A stretch of 64,000 nt of DNA from Paraspadella gotoi (Eukaryota; Animalia; Chaetognatha): NCBI GenBank assembly GCA_051294375.1, contig CM119264.1, positions 6,841,814-6,905,813 of the forward strand, given 5' to 3'. Position 1 is the stretch's first letter. Each line of letters begins with the position of its first letter. The translations under genes and the position numbers were made by a program. Under the pieces are notes generated by a model. It was given only the letters and a program-made list of their open reading frames with translations. It was not told where the DNA came from and ran no database searches. Positions 1-13,531 of the stretch are shown in pieces.

Positions 1-679
1 AAATATTTTTGTGTTGAATATTTAAATATAATATTATTTACCAATTTTTGGGATGGGGACGTTACTGTTGTCTTCTGGAAATAGAGGGTGCATCTACACA
101 ACACAAGATTAGATTACTTTCTGTTCCAGTTTTCTAATAGATATCGTACATCATTCCTGTTGGAAAATCACTAATGGGAATAATGAGAATTATATTATAG
201 TTTTAACATTGAATTTAAGTATTGCTACCGAATTATAAAACGAATTTATAAACGTAGAGCTATGCGTAATGGAAAGGACCCATAATACATAAGAAATATT
301 CAACAACCAAGATATTCATGAAAAAGTTTATCTCGCCGAAACACCTCGAATTCGAGTACATCTTAAAATGTTTACCTTTTTAAAGACTTCTTTTTCTTTA
401 GCGTCAAAAATATCTATAATCAATGCTCACATTAACTGAAATTGGTCTAAAACTAATTAAAGGTGAAGTGCATTTAATCCAAAAACTCATAAGTCATGAT
501 ATTAAATAGATTCATTTACCCAGTAATTGCAAAATAAGACATGTAACACCGTTTAGTAGAAGTTAAAGATACAGCAAGAGAGACAGAAAGAAAGAAAGAA
601 AGAAGAAAGGAGAGAGACAGACAGAGAGAGAAAGAGACAGAGAAGAGAAGAGAAAGAAAAAAAAATGAGAGTATTCCGC

Positions 680-963
680 TCAAGCCGGACTCAAATATCC
701 GTTCCCGTACTCCATCCTCAAAATGAGGTCAATCTTTTTGTCCGTACAAGGACGTACACGAGTCGTCCGTGCAGGTCGGCCGAACAGATTCTGTCGGTAA
801 AGTCTAGTCGGTCCACGGATCCGCCTTTGTGCCGCGTGTCATAGATTTTTGCGTCGGTAGTTGAAGTAAATGTCGGTGGACTTGCCGCGAGGACCGACAA
901 CTTGATAAAGAATCCTTCTTGTCGGCCAAGGATCTTGGGGAAAGGACCGTAGTCTATGTTGAC
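680..963 (-). CDS. FKTN: Fukutin-like gene, terminal exon (apparent frameshifts)
   Basis: Acceptor cttgcacccag|GTC. One frame reads ...ICSADLHGRLVYV. Restoring one C near 750 continues PCTDKKIDLILRMEYGNGYLSPA*, matching fukutin [26 protein letters not shown]. The LicD-like DIYFNY motif is in the other frame near 865-880. Confidence 0.75.
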
Positions 964-1375
964 CTGGGTGCAAGTTTGGAGGAGTTTTTAATGGGTATGA
1001 AATTGTGTTAAGACTTAATCTTTCGATACAGTTATTTATTTACTTTCAAGTAAAACTTGATAAGTGGGGCATGACAGGAAGCTTTATAGTTTATACTGTA
1101 TGCACGTTGGCCTATTTAAGGATATTTGTGATGAATTTAAAACTATAATTTATTACTATTTTAGATTTCAGAAAAAGTATTCGTTTCGGTTAACACATTC
1201 AGTAAAGATACAATGACTGAAAGCATCTTGGCAAATAGTGTTAACCGGGGGACAGAACTTATACGAAACATCTTATACAATATTTAACAATTTTTTTTGT
1301 TGAATTTATTTTCATGACTAGTCAACCCCCCACGCATCCCCCTACCCCCCCCCCACACAACGGGACCTGCCGCAC

Positions 1376-1637
1376 CCGAAAAAGCTCCTTTCGAGTCTTG
1401 AACCTCCGCAGGATCTCCGGGTAGAGATCGACGCTGCTCCAGTGAAGCAGGTCGACGTCAGCATCGCCGGGAATGATACTGCACTGACGCCACCACCCCA
1501 GCAGAGTCCCGCAGTTGAGAAAGGAGAGGACGCGAAGTTGGGTCATTAGTTGGCGCACCTCGGAGATGCTCGTCATGAAGGCGTTTATCTCCGACTCGAC
1601 GACGAGAGGCTTTCCCTTGGGATGAGTTTGGTGTCGC
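1376..1637 (-). CDS. FKTN: Fukutin-like gene, exon 2 (LicD nucleotidyltransferase-fold core)
   Basis: Acceptor tttttcccccaaaag|G. Encodes FLNCGTLLGWWRQCSIIPGDADVDL, matching the fukutin motif [26 protein letters not shown] including the DxD. Phase-0 donor CGG|GTGCGG (alternative CAG|GTCCCG). Confidence 0.85.
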
Positions 1638-2055
1638 CTTTTGGGGGAAAAATTAGATTTGGATGAAGAATCTCATTTTGGCAATCATACGTCGGTTTCC
1701 CTCTCTTAAATTATTATCTCATGAATGAATCAACTTTCAGTGATGAAAATGGGTTCATCTGAAATTTCTGAAAGCTTTTGAAAAATACACCACAATCATG
1801 ATAAATACTTAGTTTTACTTACTTGGTCTAATTACAGATATAACCACTAATAAAGGTAAAGGTAGAGACTGGGAATCTATATCTCAAGTTTTTAAATTCA
1901 TGATTAGCTAAACTTCAAATTTATAAATTTATAATTTTTTTAATTAGTTTTGGAAGTTTGAAAAGCTTCCCAAAATTTAGTGAAAATCGTTTAACATTTA
2001 AGGGAGTGGTCTTTTTATACAATAGAAATAATTTTTGAAATATATATAGGGAAGC

Positions 2056-2202
2056 CAGGTACTATGGGAGTGATTAAACGAGACTGTGAGAGAGTCTTGA
2101 TTAAAAGCTTGCAGCTTGAAACCACCAAAGCCCGTCTAAAGTCAGGGGCAAGATAGCTTATCTATTAAATGAATGGATAATTTTTATATTGGTTGCACCA
2201 AA
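2056..2202 (+). repeat. Dispersed SINE-like repeat family A (other copies 29425-29578 minus, 33041-33221 plus, 36001-36103 plus, 39041-39105 minus, 59650-59670 minus)
   Basis: Shared core AAACCACCAAAGCCTGTCCAAAGTCAGGGGCAAGATAGCTTATTTATTAAATGAATGGATAATTTTTATATTGGTTGTACCAATTTCATA. Copies share the 3' end and are variably 5'-truncated. Confidence 0.8.
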
Positions 2203-2245
2203 TGTATTAAAATTTTCTAAGAATAATTTTCCAACTTAACCTTAC

Positions 2246-3035
2246 AAAACTCTTGCCTTCTATTAGCCTCGTTGCACTCTTTAAATTCCGACGCTTCTCG
2301 GCGCCACACGAAAAGCTCCACATCCGCCGGCCGGAAAAACAGCTTCTCTTCCGGCGTCACGGGCGCCAACCGGAAATCGTCGAAGGCTTCGGCCGGAAGA
2401 TTAAAGTTTCCGTCGTCGTCTGTCTCGGCGCCGGTCCATCGATACTCGGCGCCTTTTCGTCCGCGCCGGTGGAATAGGCGAAAGTGAACGCGCTTCCATT
2501 GATAATAAGGGACGGAATCGGATTTGAGCACGCCGTTGAGATCGTCAGCCTTCGCGTCCACAACGACGATGATGTTGACGACAACGCCGTTTTGGTGTCG
2601 CCTCCGGACGCGAACGCGGTCGCGGCACAGAGTGACAACGTCGACGGCGGCGTCTAGCGACTCGGCGTCCTCGGCAAAGACGCCGTAGCGGGAGAGGATG
2701 ACGCCCGGGTCTAGGAGGCGCGCCGTGGCGTTGGCCGACGACGCCGCTCGCAAGAGATCGCTCGTCTCGAGGAGAAAGAGACGAACGCCGGAGCGTCGAA
2801 GTTGAGAGACTAGGAGTGTGAAGATATCGATCGTGGCGCCGGCGCAGGCGGGATTTGGAGATCCGGTAGGGGGCGGGCGAGTGGGCGGCGTTGATAACAC
2901 GGAGAGGCGCGATCCCGTCTCGGAGTTGGAGTTCGATATCAGAGGCGCTCGACGGTGAAAACCGGAAGTGACGACGACGACGGCGACGAAACTCGACGTC
3001 GTCAAAACGACGACGACGACGAGCGACTTTCTCAT
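2246..3035 (-). CDS. FKTN: Fukutin-like LicD-family phosphotransferase, coding exon 1 (type II membrane anchor + stem)
   Basis: GC-rich ORF beginning MRKSLVVVVVLTTSSFVAVVVVTS (signal anchor). It ends in SEFKECNEANRR, which recalls fukutin SRFIECRYKEAR. The donor is either GTAAGG at 2245 (phase 1, one base short of exon 2) or AG|GCAAGA at 2256 (phase 2, matches; exon would then end at 2257). Confidence 0.75.
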
Positions 3036-3242
3036 CCTCGTGGAATCGCGATTCTGCTCAAAATTGTATTTATTTAAAAAGTTTTGTTTAATTAGTTTGA
3101 TATTTGAAAGTTTTTAAATTTATTAATTCAGTTAGAAAAACAAGTTCGACTGTTTATTATATATTATTATTTATTTTTATGTAGACGATGTCATAAACCA
3201 CCGAAGAAGTGAGAAAAACCGCACAAAATTGTATTCAAGAAG

Positions 3243-3369
<127 letters not shown>

Positions 3370-3649
3370 ATCGAGGTATTGTCCATTGTTGATTCACGAT
3401 GTTATGCGGAGTCATATTTGTGTAAAGTGCTCTGTTGGAATCGAAAAAACAAAACCAGAAAAAAAATGTTTTCAAGTCTAATTTTCTAGATGTTGAGAAT
3501 TCGTTCTGGTTGTATACTGGTTGTATTCTGGTTGTATAATCTTCGATCGAAAAAAACAAAGTCTCGTTATCGATTTACTCAAGGTTTATCTAATCTCGGG
3601 ATTTACGAAGAAGAAACACCTACCACCGGCGCGAGTTGTGTCTCTCCGA

Positions 3650-3690
3650 AACGGACCAATAGGAGGCCTTCGATTCGGCCAATCCCTGTC
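3650..3690. promoter_or_regulatory. Putative CCAAT-box promoter upstream of the fukutin-like gene
   Basis: ggaCCAATagg and ggCCAATccc lie in a GC-richer patch about 620 bp upstream of the ATG. A + strand GGTAAGT donor near 3774 hints at a divergent transcript. Confidence 0.3.
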
Positions 3691-4145
3691 CTTACCCGAA
3701 TTTGCTATGGAAATGTGTGTGAGAGAGTAAGAATTCCAAATTTTCCGCCGTGTGTGTCCCCCTTTTTTTTTTTGGTAAGTTTGTTCAGCGGCGTAAAGCT
3801 TGGATCAGTGAATTATTTCCTTCGAACGAGAAACTTACTTAAATTCCGTTAGTTTCTAGTTTTTCAAGCCAAACTTACCTTTGGGGAAAATTCTATTTTT
3901 TTTTAAACAAAAAGGGGAAAATCACGTCAGTCAAAATGAAAAAAAAAGTTTTATTACAGAGGAATATGGAGGAAGAAGAGGAAGGACAAAAGAAATATTT
4001 ACCATCGCAATAGGCGATGTTTCATCAGTATCACCTTTTACCCGAAAAAAAAATCATTCTTGCAAATCAGACGCTTTTTACGTAACTTTTGACGAAGGTT
4101 GGGTCATTCTTTTAAAATAATGCAATTTTAATAGAAACTTGAACC

Positions 4146-4286
4146 TTTAGAGAAAAGTTTGATTGTAGTGGCCACAACGAATTAGTTTTATTAAGAAAAC
4201 ATGTTTCGGTTCACAATACGAACCTTCTTCAGCGCAAAAAATAAAACAAATTCGTTGTTGCCACTACAATCAAACTTTTCTCTAAA
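4146..4286. mobile_element. Fold-back mini-element (Penelope pLTR-derived) enclosing a hammerhead motif
   Basis: About 38-bp near-perfect inverted arms (tttagagaaaagtttgattgtagtggc... / ...gccactacaatcaaacttttctctaaa) flank a hammerhead core. Confidence 0.7.
4198..4232 (-). ncRNA. Minimal type I hammerhead ribozyme motif
   Basis: Minus strand CUGAAGA-A-GGUUC-guauugu-GAACC-GAAA-CAUGUU. Stem I proximal pairing is poor, so this copy may be inactive. Confidence 0.7.
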
Positions 4287-4987
4287 TCACAATACCCAAC
4301 GAAAAGAAAGGAAAATAACATAAAACTTAAACCTAAAACATCACATTCGTCTCTCACTCTCTCTAGTCTGACCCTCCACCCCAACCCCTTTATTTTGATC
4401 CCCTGACCTCAAACCTTCTGTCCGAATCTTCGACATCAACCTCGATCTCACCTTTTCGGTCGCTGACGCAGCAGAAGGAGGACGTCGATGAAGACGACGA
4501 TAGCGATGACGTCGACGATGAAGACGAAGACGAAAATGACGACGAAGACGACAAAAAGGAAATCGATAGAGACGACGCTGCTTGGACTTTCGCCACTAAA
4601 AAAAAAACTGACATTTTACGTCATTCATGACTGATTAAAATAATTGAGGTAAAAAGAAATTAAAGGAAAAAACAACAGTGGCATGAACATTGAACATCCT
4701 CATCGAGATCGTCGTCGACAACAACAACAACGTCGATAACGACGTTGAAGACGACGAAGAGGTTGATGAGACGCAGAACAATAAGGACGAAGAGTACGAA
4801 GACGACGACGACCGTAAATTCTCCGGCGCGTCTTTGGCCAAATGAGAATTTATTCTTTTCTCGATTCTCTACCCATTTACCTCTCTTGTCTTTTCCTTTC
4901 TTTTCTTATATTATCTTATAATGCCATTTTTTTATTGTTTTCGCTGAGGTTTTGTTTTTATATTTTTTATTATGTTTGTTAGTTAGT

Positions 4988-5200
<213 letters not shown>

Positions 5201-5296
5201 TCTAGAGGAATTCTCCAACGAGTTTGGAAATTTTAACCCAACGATCCACGCAGCAACCACAAGTTAAAGGCGCCTCGGAAATTGTCATACTTCATA

Positions 5297-5310
5297 CCAC
5301 CATCTAGCGG
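5297..5310 (-). promoter_or_regulatory. CTCF-like binding motif
   Basis: Minus strand CCGCTAGATGGTGG closely follows the CTCF core CCRSYAGRKGGYR. This is a single motif match only. Confidence 0.35.
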
Positions 5311-6578
5311 AGTGGAGTCGACTTGACCGACCCACTGCACTCCACGAACCGATTCGGGCATCGCTGAAGCCATAAAACTCTTCCTCACTCACCCTCACTC
5401 ACTCACCATCACTTACCATCTCAACCACACTACTCGAAATGGAAAATGACAAAAACAACTGCCGGTCAATTATCGTCGTTTTCGTCCTCGATTTCGTCGC
5501 TGTCGTCGTCGTCGTCATTGTTTTTTTCGTCGTCGTCGTCGTCGTTGCCATTATCGTCGGCGTTGTCGTCGTCGTTGTCTTTATCGACAATCGAAAAAAA
5601 TCGTAAAAATCAGAAATGACTTTTTTTCAACTTGTCGCGTCCGTCGGGAGAAGAGGAGAAAAGGGAAATGGAAAGGGAATGAGAGAATAAGGAAACAAAA
5701 CTTTTTGTATTATAATTTTCATTGTTATTGGTACACAAAAAAGTAATAGAACCTTGTTTTTTCACGAGAGTAAATCCTATGATGGAATGAATTGATTTAG
5801 GAAAATCAGTAAAGATGGAAAAGTTGACTTCAAAAACGAGAGAATTGTTGAAACGGAAGAAAGACCAACGTGATATAATGATTCTTATTCTTCTGCAAAG
5901 AGATATTTGAAACGAAGACTGGGGCAAGAGAGAGAGAGGAGGAGGAGCGCTAGGAGAGAGATGAGCAGAGAGAGAGAGACGAGAGAGAGAGAGAGGAGAG
6001 ATGAGAGAGAGAAGAGAGGAGGAGAGAGAGAGACGAGACGATCAGAGAGAGATGTCCTTTGAGTCCCGCTTGGCGAAAATTCACTCGCGAATCCACTGAA
6101 TTCACTGGCGATGATGGAAATTCCCAGGAAAATTCTTTAACCTTTGGGTCTTGGATTCTCGTTGGAGGAATAACAACAATACAAACTTTGGTGTGATTCA
6201 GTGGGAGGAAGAGGGTCCGAGAGAGGAGGAGGAAAAGAGCAGGTGGAGATTGGAAGCATCGGGGTGAGGGATATGAGGGAGAAGAAAAAAGGAGGAAAGG
6301 AGTACGATGGGACGAAAGGAGGAAAGGAGTACGATGGGACGACTGTTGTGGAATTGGATTGAAGAAAAAATAGAAAACAAATCTAGTGAATAAACAGTAG
6401 CAGAAAGCGGAGATATATTAAAAGAAATGATTAGACAGATTGACAGATAAAAAACCATAGAACTTGTCATGTCTAATAAAAAGAAATTTAAATCCGGTTC
6501 CGCATAGACCTGGAAACAAACTACAGTATTTCGTTGTTGGAGATAAGTAGCAGAGATTCCAAACGTTCGAGGTGACGA

Positions 6579-6617
<39 letters not shown>

Positions 6618-6817
6618 TAAATAATCTCCGCCATGTTTTCATCCAACAGAAAAAAAAACCGCGTGAAGAAAAAAATGAGAAAAAAATGAAAACGAAATTT
6701 GGAGGAGAAGTTTTTTTCATTTTCGTCTCGAGAGAGAAGAGAAAAAGAAATCAAATCTGAGATTACGACCCCTCAGTGACTCGATACCAGGAAATTCACT
6801 GTCTCTCTCTCTCTCTC

Positions 6818-6894
<77 letters not shown>

Positions 6895-7050
6895 ACATTT
6901 TTTTACTTTCTAACACTTCATTCATTCTCACGGAATTGTCTTCTCTCTCCTTTAATTTGGATTTCCTCGTTGAGGTGGAACGAGATGACTCTTCTTAATT
7001 TCGCAAGAGTAAGATTCATAAAACAAATTTAAAAATGAAAAAAAGGATTT

Positions 7051-7131
<81 letters not shown>

Positions 7132-8589
7132 AAACAAAGCGTTATTATTGTCATTATTATTATTATTGTTATTATTATAATTTTCATTCACACTTTTTCC
7201 CCTTTTATTTTCTATCATCTTCTTATTTTTTTAATTCATTCCATTCTTTCCTCCTCCCTCACATGTCTTCCTCTTTTATTTCCTTCCCCTCCCTTCCTTC
7301 CCTTCTTCTCTCTCTTTTCCCTCTCCCTCTCCCTCTCACTCTCACTCTCTCTCTCTTTCTCTCTCCCTCATCTCTTCGCTGCCTGTCCTCATCCTCAGGC
7401 GTCCTGACCTTTTCCCCCTTCATGTTTTGCTTCTTCGTCTCAAACACAAATATCGTGTATAATTGATTCTCTGTTCCGTCCGAAGTCAGAGACGCGACCC
7501 GAGAACATTTTTGACAAAACTCCCAATTTAAAATATACAACAGACTCGCTAATATAAATATATATATAAATAAAATCTAACGAAATTGAATAGAGTTGTT
7601 ACGGAGAAAACTAAAATAGAGATAATAACAATAAGAGGTGAAAATCCTAAGCTGTGCGGCTTATTTTTTAAACAAAATATCCATAACTAGTCTCAAATAG
7701 TAAGAAAGGCCTTGGAAAGATTTACTAATCTTTTTTTCAACACGATATTGTTCCTTCAAAAGACACAGTCCCAAACTTTTACTCCAAGCCCTGGCGTTTG
7801 AGTTACTAACCTTTTTCCTCCCGGCTTTTCACCTAGCAAGCTTAGTTTCTTCCAAGCTCCACTCAAATCTAAACCCCGGCTTTTCACGTACCAAGCTTAT
7901 TTTTTTTCCAAGTGCCACTAAACCTCGGCGTGTCACGTACCAAGCTTTTTCCTCACGTTCGACGTCTGTGATTAGAGTTGGTTACTCGCTCGAGATGAAC
8001 CTTCGCTTTTTATGGGAAACGTGCGCCGACGCCCAGACGACGACGACAAGGACGACGACGACGACGACGAAACCATGAAGGCGGCAACTCACTGATGAAC
8101 ACGGCGATAATGAAGACGACAAATACGATGACATGACAATTCAAACAATGACAGACGTTGAAAGAGATATTGACAATGATGACAGACATCAATGACATTG
8201 CATGGAGGAGCTGTGAGACTATTTTTTGGCCTTCGTGTAAATATGGTCACAAGCAATGACAGTAACTAAACTGAAAAGTAAGCTTCATGATATTATGGAG
8301 TTGAATGATATTTTATTTAAACTCAAGGGAATGAAATCTACGTACATGTACGTAAATAAAACTGTTTAAATGTTTTTAGCATATCAAGTTATAAAAAATC
8401 AATCATTACGACCTTCGGAACGAAGAAGTAACCAAAATAAACCAAAAATGAAACGGTGCAAATTATCTCTATTTGCAGAAAATTTAAAAAAAAAGGTGAG
8501 GCTCAGAGTAAGTGGAAGTGTATTCTCAATTCTGGAAACTTGCCGCGCGAGAAAACTCGTATCGTAAAATATGAGCAACCCTGGTCTAC

Positions 8590-8803
8590 TTATTTTTCCG
8601 CGCGACTGGCGGTTGCGTTGCCGTTGCGAGAGCGGCTTCGGTTGCGGCTGGCGGCGTTGGGTGCGGCGACCTAGAACAGCGTACGCGGTAATTATGACAA
8701 TACCCAAGGGGATGGCGAACTCGACTTACTCTCGCAACCGGTCTCTGACTCACCCCGGCCGCGCTTGCATCGGAGCTAGCAGCGGCGACGAGCTGCAGGC
8801 GGG
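8590..8803 (-). CDS. Possible last two coding exons (8754-8803 and 8590-8670) of an unidentified gene
   Basis: Acceptor ttttccaccgcag|, donor GGG|GTGAGT, an 83-nt intron, then acceptor gctgttctag|. The in-phase join reads ...RLQLVAAASSDASAAG|VAAPNAASRNRSRSRNGNATASRAEK*. No recognisable domain, and no upstream exons found. Confidence 0.3.
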
Positions 8804-9254
8804 CTGCGGTGGAAAAGTCTCTCAACCTTCGTTTATTTTTTTTCGCAGCTTTTTATTTTTTATTTTATTGGAAAGATCGATGGGGATGGCCAAAGTTAGG
8901 TTCGGGAAGGCGGGTGGAGGTTGGTTAAGGTCTCAGCCGAACGTCGAATTCTTAACACAATATACATTATCCATTTCGTCTACCATATTTTTCTTTCCCC
9001 GAGGGGGGGAGTTCAAAATTTGGGTTTGAGAAGTTAGGCGGTCTGATCGGCTGCATGACGTGAAATAAGTAAAATGTCCGTGCGTTGATTTATCACTTTT
9101 TTAAATCTGTGAGCCTCCTTTCCTTAAGATTAAATAACTATCTCTTATGTATTTATTCTTTTCTCTTTTTAAAAAAATAAGAAAAAAATTAAGTACTCAG
9201 TGAATTTAAAAAAATTGAAGTTCTAAAAATGATCTGACCGAGCGAGCGACTTCG

Positions 9255-10810
9255 TCGCAGCTCCCCACCCGACGACCTCACCGACACTCCCACCCACGAC
9301 CTCCCACCACAAGACTCCCACCACACGACCTCCCACCGGCGACACGGATCTCTGCCCAGCCGCACGAACTCCTCCCCACCGACAGCGACCCTTCCACCAC
9401 ACGACCTCCAGCCCACGACCTCCCACCCACCGACCTTCGAACCACATCGGACCTTCCACCCATCGACTCTACCCCACGACCTCCACCCCACGATCCGTCT
9501 CCACCACATCACCTCCACCCAATACGACCTCCCACCACACTACGACCCTCCACCACAAACCGACTTCCACCACACGACCTCCATCCACGCCACGACCTTA
9601 CCTACCCACGACCTCCACCACACGACCTCCACGCCCACGACCTCCCACCACACTCTGCACCGCGACGACTTCCATTCGCCCGACGACCTCACATCTTCAC
9701 CACCTATCGACAAGACCTGCCATCCGACACAGACCTCCCCACCGGTTTGGTCGTGCCACGATCCTCCACCACACGACCACCACCTCGCGGATGTTGTATC
9801 CCCGCGTTCTTTGTGTGGCGTGATAGTTCTTGGTGGCTCACGAGACCTCCCACCGGACGACGGACTTCTCAACCCCAGCACTGCCCACCAGTCAAGAACC
9901 TCCCACCTTATCATCGACTTCCACCCACGGACGCTTTATCCATCCCCGAACGAGGTTAGAGCGACCGTCGCGCACCACAAAGACCTCCCACCAAATCAAA
10001 CCTCGGCCGCCCCACGACCCTCCGCACACACGACCACCCTATGCCGACGACTTTCTCCACCCGACATAATGAGCGACTTCGTCGCCCGCGCACACCTCTC
10101 CACCACAAGACCTCGCCATGATCATCTGTATCCTCGTTGCCACCGAACGACTCGGCCGCAGCCCAGTATATCTGTACCTCCTATATATATATATTCGACC
10201 TCCAGCACCACATGCCGACATTCCTATCCAGCACGAGCGCGTCTACCCCCACTGTATCCTCTCCACCACACACGACGCGTCTGCACCACACGACGCTCCC
10301 AACACACGCTACGCGTAGCCACCGACGACGGACCTCCCAGATCTGCCACGACGACTTCCCACTCTACACGACCGTTCATTCTCTTACACATCTCCTCCCC
10401 ACATATTCGACCTACCACGTGCACGACCTCACACCTGACACGACAATCCCACGCGACACGAATCCTGACCACGTTTCCGGTCGTAACTCGCCACCACACG
10501 ACCATGCCTCACCACAGTCATGAGCTGGTTAGTCGACCGAGTCGCCATACCGGATAACACGACCTAACACCACGCAACACGGACCGTACCCACCACACCA
10601 GACGCTCCTGCTACCACACGGACCTCCCACCTACTAACGCCAGACGCTAACACAGCTACACGACTCCCACCACATGCGACATCGCCCACCGAACAGTCCC
10701 GGTCGACCTTCCGAAACGCGGATGGAGGGCCCACGACCTCACCCACAGCCAGCGCGGACGCGCCCACGAGCCTCCCACCACACGACCAGTCCCACCCACA
10801 CCTTCTCCCA
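9255..10810. repeat. Degenerate minisatellite, unit about CCACCACACGACCTC
   Basis: Recurrent (c)acgacctcc(c)acc motif that becomes progressively noisier, resembling uncorrected long-read sequence. Confidence 0.8.
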
Positions 10811-11488
10811 CCGGGAACACGCAGGAGCCCATTCAACGTCCTCTCTTTGTCAAACAACCGAACGTCACAACAATAATCGTAGCTTTCGAGCGCCGGGAGC
10901 GCCGCCTCGCGGAACCGGGTCGCGTGCGGCGACGATTAGCGTCGGCGCCGTCGAACAAAAGACCAAAATCCGGAACGAACTTCCGGCGATGGCTTCCGGT
11001 GAAAATCGACAGACCCGACTTCGAGAATATCTTTCCGCATTGCAAAAACGCGTCTATGGCTAATGACTTGCCTCGCGGTTCCAACCGGCGTCTATGGCTT
11101 ATGACTCACCAAGCTGTACAACTTTGAAGCTTTCTTCGCAAGTTATTTTTTTTTTTTTTGCTTTTTACATTGTTAAAATTGTATGATAGATTCTGGCTCT
11201 GTCATTTCAGAATTGTAACGGTATATCCTGTCTTTATCGATAGCAACCTACTTATTTTTGCTGCAACCGACCATCCTTCACAATGGTCCTTCCGCAACTG
11301 GCAATTTGCTACAACCGACCTTGCTTATGCCGCAAATGGCATTTTGCCGCAACCGGCATTTCGCAGCGACCGGCCGACTTCCGAGGTAACGTGAAAATAA
11401 ACGAGGACTCGATTCTCTCATTTCGTTTTTCTTTCAATGCGAAGGTTAAAGGGTCGAGTTTCCACTTGGGAGCACAAACTCAAAAGCT

Positions 11489-11519
<31 letters not shown>

Positions 11520-12054
11520 CAATCCATTATTTCTTTACTCACCCACTCACTTTGACCGATCACTGACCACGTGATCCCCAATATCTGCCACGTCTTTTTT
11601 CTTCTCACTCCCGTGACATTCATCTTTCCTCAACCCTTCTTTCCTTTTCCATCAACTCTTTCCTTTCTCTTTTTTTTTTGGAAGAAGTTCGGCTCTACCA
11701 TAATTTCATACTCAATCATTTATTTACATATCTTTTCTTATTCTTAATAGTTATTTTATTGTTGTATTGTTGTTTATATTGTAAATAAACTCTCCGTACA
11801 TCAATCGACCCTGCATTTTTCTTCGTCAGCCCTTCTTTTGCTATTAGTTAGACATTATTAAATAAAGCTAATTCAATCCCCACAATCCCCACTTCGATCC
11901 CCAAAATCCCCTCTTCCCCACTTCCGCGATTCCGTCCACTTACCTCTCCTCACCTTAGAATCCTTTCAAAAGGAAATGTGGCCTCGCATTTGCGTTGAGA
12001 GAGATTTCTCCTCTTTCTCTCCCCCTTTCTAAATCTTTTAAAGAGTGAGCGAGA

Positions 12055-12168
<114 letters not shown>

Positions 12169-13010
12169 GTCGAGGGGCGACGACGGAGAAAAGTTTGTTT
12201 GCCCTTTTGTCCCCGTTTTGAAAAATGAAAAGGGAATCGGACGTCGGACGTCGGCCGCCGGGTTGCCTGATGTGACGTCGACCCGACTGTGACGCCGACG
12301 CGGGCGTGATGTTCACCCTGGTGTGATGTTGATCCGAGTGTCTTGTTTATTCGGACGTTACATTGACTGGGTTGTGATATATGGAACCGGATGAGCTTTC
12401 GGAGAGACTGTGATATTATTTTGACACGTGACAGACATCAAAAATGATAAGATCTCTACAAACCCGGATGTTATTATGAATTGAGCCGGATGCGATGTTG
12501 AACGTAATGTTCACCCGTTTGAGCCACTGACCCGGATTAGATGTCGACGGGAGTTTCACCCCCGCCCCCTCCCGAGCAGCGTCGGGTCTGACTCGCAACA
12601 CTCCCTTTCCATTCTATTTCCCTCTTCTTTTTTCTTTATTCAAAGCAGCTCAATTTTTTTTTCTTTTCATTTTGAAGAAACGTTTAACATTTGACCGAAA
12701 AAAAAAAGGAGAAGAAAAAAAAGTTGTTCTGGGTGAGGCGACCCTCGAATGAAATCTCGATCAATCTCGCGAAGAATGACAACAACTCGAATCGAAACGT
12801 TGGCGCGCGTTCCGATGACGAATTTCGGTGGGATTTTGAGTAAATATTCTTAAAATTTGACTGCGACGCAGTTTTAAAGATTTACCATTTACGTATTTAG
12901 AATAATAAGTAGGAGAACTATGAAGAATGTTGAAAAAGATTACGGTAAAATGGGAAGATAGGGCGATGTACTATGTACTTTTACGTTCAGATAGACTAGA
13001 CAAATATATT

Positions 13011-13050
<40 letters not shown>

Positions 13051-13168
13051 TGAGAAGAAGTTTCACTAGTTCACTAGTGAAGCGACTCAAGCCACACGAA
13101 AAGTCTCTCACAGATAGATAGATAGAAAAAAGAAAGAAAGAAAGAAAGAAAAAGAAAGAAAGAAAAAA

Positions 13169-13213
<45 letters not shown>

Positions 13214-13476
13214 AAAAAAGAAAGAAAGAAAGATAGAAAGAAAGTCCCTGCTACTGTTATTCTTATTTTTCTTATCTTTCGCCATCGCCTCCTCTCCTAA
13301 ATTTTTCCGCTACTCGAAAAGTCTATAGAACTTTCTCGACTGACAGATCGTCGTTGTTGTTGTTGTTGTTGTCGTTCGACGCCGGAGGAGATGGAATAAA
13401 TGGAATCGTTCTACCCTGGGATTTGCAGAAAATACAATCAAACGCTGCCTTCTTTGTCGACGAGGAAGGAAACGAC

Positions 13477-13531
<55 letters not shown>

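Noticed and set aside
8600-8725. FAIPLGIVIITAYAVLGRR as GPCR TM5
   Set aside because: There is an in-frame stop just upstream, the Pro-Tyr spacing is off by one and no other TM exons were found. The segment is better explained as a short intron.
9189-10857. Cluster of long overlapping ORFs up to 248 aa
   Set aside because: Stop-poor degenerate C-rich minisatellite with no domain signal.
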